The position numbers and the translations under genes are program-made. From Fidelibacterota bacterium (GTDB taxonomy: Bacteria; Fidelibacterota; UBA2242), in assembly GCA_041645495.1 (NCBI GenBank), contig JBAZPZ010000001.1:9730-73729 (forward strand): a stretch of 64,000 nt of DNA. The letters are read 5' to 3'. Each line of letters begins with the position of its first letter. The stretch's first letter is position 1. Below the pieces are notes generated by a model. It did no database searches. It was given only the letters and a program-made list of their open reading frames with translations, and had not been told where the DNA came from. This document shows, piece after piece, positions 51,653-59,872 of this stretch.

Positions 51653-54153
51653 TGCTCTTTCTCCTTGTTGAGTTGTTTTGCCAGAAGCTCAAAATCCAAT
51701 TCCGTTTTTGGTTTATATGGCACGAAAATATCTTTCAGAAAACGAAACGTCACCTGGAATTTTCCGTTTTCTTCACGCCAGGTAAAGACTTTGTCTTTTT
51801 CCCGAATGTCATTCAGCATTTCAAGGTCGTTTTGAATTCCCTCCAACCCTTTTCCAGTACTAATCGATACGTTTTGTGTGTAGGGATTTTCCCACTCGCA
51901 TACCAGGAACGTCCGGTTTTCGATTTCCTCTTCGTGAAATCTAACATCAATCCAGATATCTTGTTCAATATCACGGTATTTCAGCGCATTGAACAGCAAT
52001 TCCTGAAAATAGCCCTGAAGCAAGGCTTCCGAGTAGCCGTCACGCCGCAGACGAATCGCATTCCAGAGCGGACTCAGCGTACAATCAATCCTGCCAATGT
52101 TGGCACTCGCCCATTCGATGGCACTGCGGTTGGGATTGAAGAAGACGTTCTCTTCAAAATCCACTCTTAGCTGGTCTAAAGTTGTTCCCCGCCGGGCGCA
52201 GATTTGCGTGCGAATTGGGTCTAATTTCCGGTAATCCGCATTCAGGAAGCGGGCGACGATGCGTTGAACAGAACTATTCAGGATTTCCTTTATGCTGATT
52301 GCCTTTTCCGTCATGTCTTCTGGCAGACGATCACCGCGGATCAACTGCTGAAATTCCGCTGGATTGCCGGTATTACGTGCCTGCAGAAGCAAACCCTGAT
52401 TTCGAATAATCGTCTCGGCGAGGTAAGCGTCGGTCAATATCCGAGCATCGCGACGGAATTCGATGTGACTCTTGAGGCGATTGGCAACCTCGTAAATCGC
52501 ATTCGGATAAAGCGTATTCGCTAACGTATGCGAATACTGTTGGATCATGCGCTCTTTTTCGCGACGATGATGCTCTGCTTGCCGTGCTAATTCTTCTTTT
52601 TTTTCATCCTCATCAGACCTTCTCTTTTCCTCCGTAATCTGAAAAATTCGTTCATTCAGTTTCACTAAAATACCGATATATAATTTAGACTTTAGAATAA
52701 CATCTGAAGTGTTCGCACTTTTAGGTTTTTGATATTCGTATATAGTATTGTCCACCCCATCCGGTAGAACTTCATTTCCAGATCGATCAAGTTCTCCCGC
52801 TGGTTCAAGCTTAGACGGAATTATTGAGTCGCCGAAGAAATTTTCCAGAATGAGTGATTTAATATTAAGCGTATAGAGTTCTCGTCCCTTGTTACCAAAG
52901 TGCTGAAGATACTCATCCAGGATAAAATCCAAATTTTGGCTGAATTTATATTGTGGGAATTTCAACTCTAATAGAAAATCCAGTTCTCCAAAATCTTCGG
53001 TTGGTTTTAACTCACCACCAGGGTTAACTAAATATTTAATAATGCTGTCTTCATCTCCGAGTCCTTGAACTTCCAAAGATGAAAAACCGAATATTTTGTT
53101 GCATATCGAATAGAACTGTTCAAGCGAAGCGAACAAACAAGAGTCACCAATGGCTCCAATTATATCAGGTAATATTTGTGGCAATGGTGAGATAAAATTT
53201 TCCGAAAATAAAGCAACCTCAATAGATAAAAAATCTTTAGGCTTATTAGGTATATTGCTGATAAAAGCCTTCAAATTATTTTCATAGAGATCTTTTTCTC
53301 TGTTTCGCAAATAAATGTATGAAAGGTAAGCAGGAACAGCCCACTTGACATACATCATATAAACTTGGGGCATACTTTCTGCTACCTTTAAATCTTTTAG
53401 AAAGGATTGCAATTGCAGAAAATCACTTAAGGCTAAGTTGAAATTTTCTGCTTTCAAATAGCACTTGGCTCGATTATAGAGAACTTCTGGTTTAAATTTA
53501 TCCTTTAAAATTATTGAAAAATCTTTACCGGCTTTTTCATACTCATCTAAAATAAAAAATAATTTTGCTCTTTTTTCATAGGAAATTGAATCAGGTTCAA
53601 TTTCAATAGCTTTTGTGTAGGCTTCCACCGCCTTGCTATATTCTCCTCTAATTCTATTTTGATCTCCAAGTTTTATCCAACCGGATTTCAATTTTGGATC
53701 AATTTTTACAGCATTAGAAAAATCATTTAATATCTCATTATCTGGCATTTCCATCGGATCCAGCAAAGCATTTCTGACACTTCCTCGAAAGTAATAGTAT
53801 TTGGCAACATTCGGATTCAATTCTATTGCCTTATTAAAACTATTTATCATACAGCCATATTCATCCTTATCCCTCCAAAGCCAAAACAAATCCTTTGGTC
53901 TATCACACCAAAGGATCAATCCTTTTAAAAAGTAATATTCTGCATAATTGGGATTTAAACTGATAGCCTGATCTATATCTCCATGCGCCTCATCAAACAT
54001 TCCTTTATCTTTGTAAGCAATCGCCCTCATGTAATAGTTGTCAGGATTTTTACTGTCTTTTTCAATGAGTTTGCTCAATTCCTCAATTGAAAGATTTTTC
54101 ATGCCATCACTTTTCATTTTTTTATCTCCGCCATTGGATTGCAATTTTCCCAC
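51649..54153 (-). CDS. Cytoplasmic TPR-repeat protein fused to an atypical histidine-kinase-like (GHKL) ATPase domain
   Basis: The 834-aa ORF has ~400 aa of N-terminal TPR repeats and a coiled coil. It has a candidate H-box 'QQYSHTLANTLY', an N-box 'ELLFNALKY' and a G-box 'STGKGLEG'. No TM segments are present. The TPR-encoding half is AT-rich. Confidence 0.55.
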   Translation of the reverse strand: MGKLQSNGGDKKMKSDGMKNLSIEELSKLIEKDSKNPDNYYMRAIAYKDKGMFDEAHGDIDQAISLNPNYAEYYFLKGLILWCDRPKDLFWLWRDKDEYGCMINSFNKAIELNPNVAKYYYFRGSVRNALLDPMEMPDNEILNDFSNAVKIDPKLKSGWIKLGDQNRIRGEYSKAVEAYTKAIEIEPDSISYEKRAKLFFILDEYEKAGKDFSIILKDKFKPEVLYNRAKCYLKAENFNLALSDFLQLQSFLKDLKVAESMPQVYMMYVKWAVPAYLSYIYLRNREKDLYENNLKAFISNIPNKPKDFLSIEVALFSENFISPLPQILPDIIGAIGDSCLFASLEQFYSICNKIFGFSSLEVQGLGDEDSIIKYLVNPGGELKPTEDFGELDFLLELKFPQYKFSQNLDFILDEYLQHFGNKGRELYTLNIKSLILENFFGDSIIPSKLEPAGELDRSGNEVLPDGVDNTIYEYQKPKSANTSDVILKSKLYIGILVKLNERIFQITEEKRRSDEDEKKEELARQAEHHRREKERMIQQYSHTLANTLYPNAIYEVANRLKSHIEFRRDARILTDAYLAETIIRNQGLLLQARNTGNPAEFQQLIRGDRLPEDMTEKAISIKEILNSSVQRIVARFLNADYRKLDPIRTQICARRGTTLDQLRVDFEENVFFNPNRSAIEWASANIGRIDCTLSPLWNAIRLRRDGYSEALLQGYFQELLFNALKYRDIEQDIWIDVRFHEEEIENRTFLVCEWENPYTQNVSISTGKGLEGIQNDLEMLNDIREKDKVFTWREENGKFQVTFRFLKDIFVPYKPKTELDFELLAKQLNKEKEQ

Positions 54154-54320
54154 CTAACCAGCACAACACCGACTTCGAAAGATGTGATGCCGGCACTTAA
54201 TGTAATCCTTACCCCAAATAAATAGTTTATAATCAAAGCAAAATAGAGAAAACCGAAAATTCTGAGTTCTCCCGACCAGGTCGTTTCTGTCTGTTCTGTT
54301 TCAATTTTCAGGATTTTCAT
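54114..54320 (-). CDS. Possible small membrane protein (68 aa) upstream of the TPR-kinase gene; could be spurious
   Basis: It has one hydrophobic segment. It overlaps the annotated kinase start by 40 nt, but does not overlap if the kinase starts at the internal Met codons at 54117 or 54102. Confidence 0.2.
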   Translation of the reverse strand: MKILKIETEQTETTWSGELRIFGFLYFALIINYLFGVRITLSAGITSFEVGVVLVRWENCNPMAEIKK

Positions 54321-54540
54321 GTTTTCTTCTTTTTGCTACTTTTGCTTCATGTTTTCAAATGTCGATCTCACTTATGCAATTAATAAACCAAAACCAAATT
54401 TCATGTCCCTGACGTACAATTTTCCCGATTCGCCCGATAGAAAAAATGAAATGTAATGGTTATATCCAAGAAGTCGGTAGTTCTGAACCGGTAAAAATCT
54501 TTACTTTCATCTGTCAAAATTTTTTCAACCCAAATTGTCT

Positions 54541-55701
54541 TTATCTTTCCTCCACTATCTTCCCAATTTCCTCCACCGGTAGTGCTATAACCTGCTCACT
54601 AACCGGATAGGTTTCTTTACCGGGATAGACGACGAAACCACGTTTGCATTCAAGGTCAGCGAAGCCGGTATGGAAACCACGCGAGAGTTGCGGGGTGGAA
54701 GTGAATTTAACTTCAATAGCGATCCGTTCGCCGGATGATTTAACGATGACCAAATCTATTTCAACTCCGGTGTTGGTACGGTAAAAATATTTTTCCCAAT
54801 GAGCAGGTAGAAGATTGATAATTTGCTCGATAACGAATCCTTCCCATGAATGACAAAGAATTGGATGTCCATAAAGTTCATCAGACGTGGACAAATTGAG
54901 AAGCGCATGAAGCAAACCGGTATCGCGAAAATAAATCTTCGGAGACTTAATTAGTCGCTTTTTCAAATTGAGATGATATGGTTGAATCTGCCGAACAACA
55001 AATGCGCTTTCCAGAATATTCAAATAATGAACTGCGGTCGGTTGTGAAATTCCGAGACTGGAAGCGATTTGGCTACCATTCCACAGTTGTCCATGCGTGT
55101 GGGCAATCATTTGCCAGAATTTACGAAGCTGAAGAGCAGGAATTCGAATACCTAACTGAGGAATATCTCTTTCTAAAAAAGTTCGGATATAAGCGCTGCG
55201 CCAAATCAGACTATTAGAATCTGAATCCGCCAGAAAGCTATCAGGCAACCCTCCGCGAAACCATAATCTTTGGATAGAATCGGTTTGATTACCGATTTCT
55301 TCCGTCTGAAACGACGGTAATTCATGATAGATAATCCGGCCGGCTAAACTTTCGGAAGATTGTTTTAGCAGGGCGGGCGAAGCCGAACCAAGAATGAGGA
55401 AACGTCCCGGAACCCGATTTTGGTCAACGAGCGTGCGGAGAATTGCGAAGAGTTCAGGAAATTTCTGGACCTCATCAATAATCACGAGCGAATTTTGATA
55501 TTGGTTCAAATAGAGTTCCGGATCCGTAAGTTTGGCGAAATCCGACGGTAATTCTAAGTCAAGGTAGCAAGCGCCAGTGTAATTTTTGAAAATTTTGCGT
55601 GCCAAAGTTGTCTTTCCAACCTGCCGGGCGCCAAGGATTCCCACGACCGGGAACTGTTTGAGAGAATCCAACACGATGTTTTGTAGTTTACGCTGTATCA
55701 T
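54541..55701 (-). CDS. AAA+ ATPase with a DUF4143 C-terminal domain (AAA_14/DUF4143 family)
   Basis: The 386-aa ORF has the Walker A motif 'GARQVGKTTL'. Its architecture is typical of the DUF4143 ATPases common in variable regions. Confidence 0.7.
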   Translation of the reverse strand: MIQRKLQNIVLDSLKQFPVVGILGARQVGKTTLARKIFKNYTGACYLDLELPSDFAKLTDPELYLNQYQNSLVIIDEVQKFPELFAILRTLVDQNRVPGRFLILGSASPALLKQSSESLAGRIIYHELPSFQTEEIGNQTDSIQRLWFRGGLPDSFLADSDSNSLIWRSAYIRTFLERDIPQLGIRIPALQLRKFWQMIAHTHGQLWNGSQIASSLGISQPTAVHYLNILESAFVVRQIQPYHLNLKKRLIKSPKIYFRDTGLLHALLNLSTSDELYGHPILCHSWEGFVIEQIINLLPAHWEKYFYRTNTGVEIDLVIVKSSGERIAIEVKFTSTPQLSRGFHTGFADLECKRGFVVYPGKETYPVSEQVIALPVEEIGKIVEER

Positions 55702-55801
55702 GGTTGCAAATTAAAAGATAGCCTTTCAATTTGCAAGGTTAATTTTTATTGTGGTCATACCGGTAATACCGTATATTACCACCAATGAAAATGGAGCCAA
55801 T

Positions 55802-56017
55802 ATGAAACCTGTAACATTCAAAATTGACGATGAATTGATTAACGAAATCGATGCGCTCGCGCAAGAACTGCATGAAAACCGGAGTTCATTGATTAAAAAA
55901 GCGTTGAACTTTTACCTTGACAATTATGACGGTATTGTTGCCAAGACTCGGCAGGATGACCCGGAAAGAGTCATGATTCCGCATGAAGACGTGTTAAAAG
56001 AATATGGCCTCTTGTAA
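55802..56017 (+). CDS. Ribbon-helix-helix (CopG/RelB/ParD-like) antitoxin
   Basis: The start is 'MKPVTFKIDDELINEIDALA...RSSLIKKALNFYL'. A GGAG RBS lies upstream. It overlaps the toxin gene by 14 nt. Confidence 0.7.
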   Translation: MKPVTFKIDDELINEIDALAQELHENRSSLIKKALNFYLDNYDGIVAKTRQDDPERVMIPHEDVLKEYGLL

Positions 56018-56264
56018 AATCCAGTGGGATACTCGCGCGCTTAAAGAATTGCGCAAAATTCCCAAAGAATCAGCCACTCGTATTCTCATCGCCGTCAAAT
56101 CTTTAGCGGAAAATCCTTTACTAGGACAACCGCTCAAAGGTGCATTTCAAGGATTTCGAAAATTACGCGTTGGTGAATTCCGCGTGATCTATTCGTTTCT
56201 TAAGGACATTGCAATAATTCAAATATTGCGGGTAGCCCACCGACGTGAGGTCTATCGTTCCTGA
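56004..56264 (+). CDS. RelE/ParE-family type II toxin
   Basis: The 86-aa ORF has the RelE/ParE signature 'LRVGEFRVIYSF...IIQILRVAHRREVY'. Confidence 0.8.
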   Translation: MASCKIQWDTRALKELRKIPKESATRILIAVKSLAENPLLGQPLKGAFQGFRKLRVGEFRVIYSFLKDIAIIQILRVAHRREVYRS

Positions 56265-56299
56265 TTACAAAATAGTCTAAATGACAACAACCGGGGAAA

Positions 56300-57760
56300 T
56301 TAATTTCCTGTCATTCCCAGTTTTCTTAATCTTGCCCGGAAGGTTGCTGACGGAATGTTCAGTAATTGCGCCGCGGCGCCTGCATTGCCATTGGTCTGTT
56401 TGAGCGCCGCGCGGTAATAGTCCGGAATTAATCCATTATCGAAATCGATTCCCTCGGCAGGAATGACAATTCCCGTAGGTGAATCCGTCAGTTCGACGAT
56501 GTGCAAATGTTCGGCGGTTATTTCTTCGCCGGGATAGACGAACGCGGCGGAGATGGAACTTTTCAACTGCCGGACATTTCCAGGCCAATGATAGCACTGA
56601 ATCTTGGCAATTGCCGACTGTGTCAGGCTTTTGCGCTTGTCCTGCAGGTGATTGAGCAAATCCACGAGGTGTTGGGTGATCAATATTCTGTCTTCGCCGC
56701 GTTCGCGCAAAGGCGGAAGATAAATTTCCGTCTGAACCAACCGAAAGAACAGGTCTTTGCGGAATTGACGGTCTTTGACCAATTGACGAAGGTCGCGATT
56801 GGTAGCAGATATGATACGAACGTCCACCTTTTCTTCTTTTCCACCGACGACCTGAATCGTTCCTTGGTCCAAAAAGCGGAGCAGTTTGACCTGCATATCC
56901 GGTGGCAGGTCGCCGATTTCATCGAGGAAAATGGAACCACCGTCGGCGAGTTTGAATTTGCCTTCTTTATCCGAAATTGCACCGGTAAAACTGCCTTTTT
57001 TGTGTCCGAAAAACTCGCTCTCAAACAACTGCGGACTGATCGCTCCACAATTGATTTGGATGAAAGGCTGTTGGTTACGCAGGCTGGTAAAATGAATCGC
57101 GCTGGCGACAAGCTCTTTGCCGACGCCGGTCTCACCGCTGATAAAAATCGGCAGATCGCTTTCGGCAAACAGGCGAATTTTCTCTTTAACATTTCGGATA
57201 GCTGCAGATTCGCCGATGATCGCATCCAAACTGGTTGAAACCTGCTGGCGAAGCAGTTTGTTTTCGCGGGAAAGTTGGGTTAACGCGGCTTTCGCTTCGC
57301 TGACGTTTTGGATTTTCGGAAAGTCATCTAAGTTAAAATTGATTTCTGAGAGGCCGGTCTCGCGGTGGATTTGAATCAATTTTGCATTGATGACGCCGCC
57401 CTGTCGCAGAAAAATCCAGCAGGCGTGCATGGTTGGCGTCCCGGACGTGACGGAAATGGTAAATTTTGCATTCGAGTTCTCTTTGATGATCGTCTTGACT
57501 GCCTGATACATTGCTGGATAAACAGTGTTATAGTCAGTTGGATTGGCGGAAAGCGCTGGTTGATAACGAACCTGCAAAGTGGGAAAATTTAGACGACAAT
57601 ATTCCAGAATGGCAGAAGCTGGTTTTAAATAGGATTCGTCATTGTACAGCAGATAGAGGCGATCGAAAACGCGCTGATGCAGAGCGGCGATGATCGCGCC
57701 GGGCTTTTCGGGCAACTGGCAGTCATTGTTACCAACGAAGGATAGAAGGACACGATTCAT
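56300..57760 (-). CDS. RtcR-like sigma-54-dependent transcriptional activator (N-terminal CARF-like domain, AAA+ sigma-54 interaction domain, Fis-type HTH)
   Basis: The 486-aa ORF has the GAFTGA-type motif 'GSFTGA' and the Walker A 'GETGVGKE'. The N-terminal 'KFTISVTSGTPTMHACWIFL' is similar to E. coli RtcR 'HITTGTHVAQICWFLL'. The C-terminal HTH is 'AAAQLLNIPSATFRARLRKLG'. Confidence 0.7.
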   Translation of the reverse strand: MNRVLLSFVGNNDCQLPEKPGAIIAALHQRVFDRLYLLYNDESYLKPASAILEYCRLNFPTLQVRYQPALSANPTDYNTVYPAMYQAVKTIIKENSNAKFTISVTSGTPTMHACWIFLRQGGVINAKLIQIHRETGLSEINFNLDDFPKIQNVSEAKAALTQLSRENKLLRQQVSTSLDAIIGESAAIRNVKEKIRLFAESDLPIFISGETGVGKELVASAIHFTSLRNQQPFIQINCGAISPQLFESEFFGHKKGSFTGAISDKEGKFKLADGGSIFLDEIGDLPPDMQVKLLRFLDQGTIQVVGGKEEKVDVRIISATNRDLRQLVKDRQFRKDLFFRLVQTEIYLPPLRERGEDRILITQHLVDLLNHLQDKRKSLTQSAIAKIQCYHWPGNVRQLKSSISAAFVYPGEEITAEHLHIVELTDSPTGIVIPAEGIDFDNGLIPDYYRAALKQTNGNAGAAAQLLNIPSATFRARLRKLGMTGN

Positions 57761-57921
57761 GCCGAAAATTACGGCAAATCGGCGTTTGGGAAAAGATGAT
57801 TTATCTGGATCTTTCCATTTGATTCCTGATTCTGCGGCTGGCTTCTTTTAATTTCCCCTACATTCTTGCCGCTCTGCAAAATTTACATTAAGTTTCTTCC
57901 GATTATTTTTCAGGAGAAGGA

Positions 57922-58875
57922 ATGGCAATTTTAGTCACCGGCGCCGCCGGATTCATCGGTTTTCATCTTGCAAAATACCTGCTCGACGACGGACAAGAAG
58001 TCGTTGGCTACGACAACGTCAACGATTACTACGATCCCGCTCTCAAGCACGCGCGGCTCGAAATCCTGAAAAAATCCGACCGGTTTCACTTCTCTCACTC
58101 CGACCTCTGCGATTTACCAGCATTAGAATCGGTTTTTCAGCGTCACTCGATTCAAAAGGTTGTCCATTTGGCGGCGCAAGCGGGCGTCCGTTACTCGCTC
58201 ATCAATCCGTTTGCCTATCAAAAATCCAATCTGGAAGGTTTCCTGAACATTATCGAATGCGCCAAACGTGCTTCCGTTAAAAATTTCATCTACGCCTCGA
58301 GTTCCAGCGTTTACGGTAATAACACGAAACTGCCATTCGCCGTCGAAGATAATGTCGATCATCCGATTTCACTTTACGCCGCCACGAAAAAAGCCGACGA
58401 ACTCATCGCACATACTTACGCGCATCTGTACAAATTACCATGTACAGGATTCCGCTTTTTCACGGTTTACGGTCCGTACGGCAGACCAGACATGGCGCTG
58501 TTCATTTTTACGAAAAATATTCTCGAAGGAAAACCGATCGACGTCTATAACTTCGGTAAGATGAAACGCGATTTTACTTATATCGACGACATCGTTTCCG
58601 GGTTGATATCCGCTCTGAACAAGCCCTTTTCCTATGAAGTTTTCAATCTCGGCAATCACAAGAGCGAAGACCTGATGGACTTTATTCGACTGATCGAAGA
58701 TTATCTTGGGAAAAGAGCGATTATTAATTTTCAACCAATCCAGCCGGGCGACGTGCCGGAAACCTTTGCAGATATTTCCGCCACGACCGAAAAACTTGGA
58801 TTTTTCCCGACAACTTCGATCGATGTCGGCGTTCGGAAGTTTTTAGATTGGTATATGGATTTTTATCGAATATAA
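57922..58875 (+). CDS. NAD-dependent epimerase/dehydratase (UDP-glucuronate 4-epimerase-like)
   Basis: The 317-aa ORF has the Rossmann motif 'GAAGFIGFHL' and a YxxxK catalytic dyad. Confidence 0.75.
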   Translation: MAILVTGAAGFIGFHLAKYLLDDGQEVVGYDNVNDYYDPALKHARLEILKKSDRFHFSHSDLCDLPALESVFQRHSIQKVVHLAAQAGVRYSLINPFAYQKSNLEGFLNIIECAKRASVKNFIYASSSSVYGNNTKLPFAVEDNVDHPISLYAATKKADELIAHTYAHLYKLPCTGFRFFTVYGPYGRPDMALFIFTKNILEGKPIDVYNFGKMKRDFTYIDDIVSGLISALNKPFSYEVFNLGNHKSEDLMDFIRLIEDYLGKRAIINFQPIQPGDVPETFADISATTEKLGFFPTTSIDVGVRKFLDWYMDFYRI

Positions 58876-58884
58876 TCGGAAAAT

Positions 58885-59850
58885 ATGACTATGAAAGAAC
58901 TCTTTCAAAATTTTAAAAACCTCAACATTCTCGTCGTCGGCGACCTGATCCTCGACAACTATATCTGGGGAAACGTCAAGCGGATTTCGCCCGAAGCGCC
59001 GGTGCCGGTCGTCAGCGTCAATCACCGGGAAAATCGAATCGGCGGCGCGGGAAACGTCGCGGCAAATCTCGCTTCGCTGAATGTCAACGTGACGATCGCC
59101 GGTGTTTGCGGCGAAGATAAAAACGCCGAACTTCTTTCGGATCTATTCGACCGGGGAAAAATCCAGCAGTTCCTGATTCAAACACCGAGCCGGAAAACGA
59201 CGACGAAATCCCGCATTATCGCCCAGCGTCAGCAATTGCTCCGCATCGACGAAGAAGATACGGAACCTGTAAAGAAAGATGTTGCCCGGAAACTGATTTC
59301 ACAGATTTCTTCGGCAAAAGAGATTTTCGACGGCGTTATCCTTTCCGATTATGCCAAAGGATTGTTGTCGGAAGATTTTATTCAGGAAATGCTGACATTG
59401 TTCAGCGGCAAGCCGGTCATCATCGATCCGAAAGGCTTTAATTATCGGAAATATCACGGCGCAACGACGATCAAACCGAATTTCCGGGAATTCGCCGCCG
59501 CCGTCCGCCATCCCGAACTGACAAAAGACGAGATGGATGATTATGCGCGAAAACTTGTGAAAGATCTCGGTTTGAAAGGAATAGTCGTCACGCTTGGCGA
59601 AGACGGCGTTTACATTTTGAACGATAAATCGGAAAGCCTCCGGATTCCAACGAAGGCCAAAGAAGTCTATGATGTCAGCGGCGCAGGCGACACGTTCATC
59701 GCCTCTTTCACCGCCGGGCTTATTCTATCCGGCGATTGGTTCGTCGCCGCCAAAGCAGGCAACCTCGCTTCCGGGATTGTCGTCGGAAAAATCGGCACCG
59801 CGACGGCCACGATCGAAGAAATGTTCAATCACATCGATTTACACGGTTAG
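58885..59850 (+). CDS. D-glycero-beta-D-manno-heptose-7-phosphate kinase (HldE domain I / RfaE-like, pfkB family)
   Basis: The 321-aa ORF has the pfkB carbohydrate-kinase motifs, including 'DVSGAGDTF'. Confidence 0.7.
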   Translation: MTMKELFQNFKNLNILVVGDLILDNYIWGNVKRISPEAPVPVVSVNHRENRIGGAGNVAANLASLNVNVTIAGVCGEDKNAELLSDLFDRGKIQQFLIQTPSRKTTTKSRIIAQRQQLLRIDEEDTEPVKKDVARKLISQISSAKEIFDGVILSDYAKGLLSEDFIQEMLTLFSGKPVIIDPKGFNYRKYHGATTIKPNFREFAAAVRHPELTKDEMDDYARKLVKDLGLKGIVVTLGEDGVYILNDKSESLRIPTKAKEVYDVSGAGDTFIASFTAGLILSGDWFVAAKAGNLASGIVVGKIGTATATIEEMFNHIDLHG

Positions 59851-59872
59851 GATTCGGTGTTTACCGACGCCG

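Noticed and set aside
54114-54320. A 68-aa ORF treated as a definite small membrane component of the system.
   Set aside because: It is retained only as a low-confidence feature. It overlaps the annotated TPR-kinase start, it is lower-GC, it has no RBS that I could verify, and it may be a start-site artefact.
46450-57800. The idea that the accessory block is a tRNA-integrated genomic island with an integrase and att repeats.
   Set aside because: No integrase or recombinase gene is present. The adjacent tRNA-Thr faces the block with its 5' end rather than its 3' end. I found no copy of a tRNA 3' end at the distal boundary. The only tRNA fragment is a 5'-half of thrT on the other side of the array. 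It may still be horizontally acquired, given the low GC at 50-54 kb.
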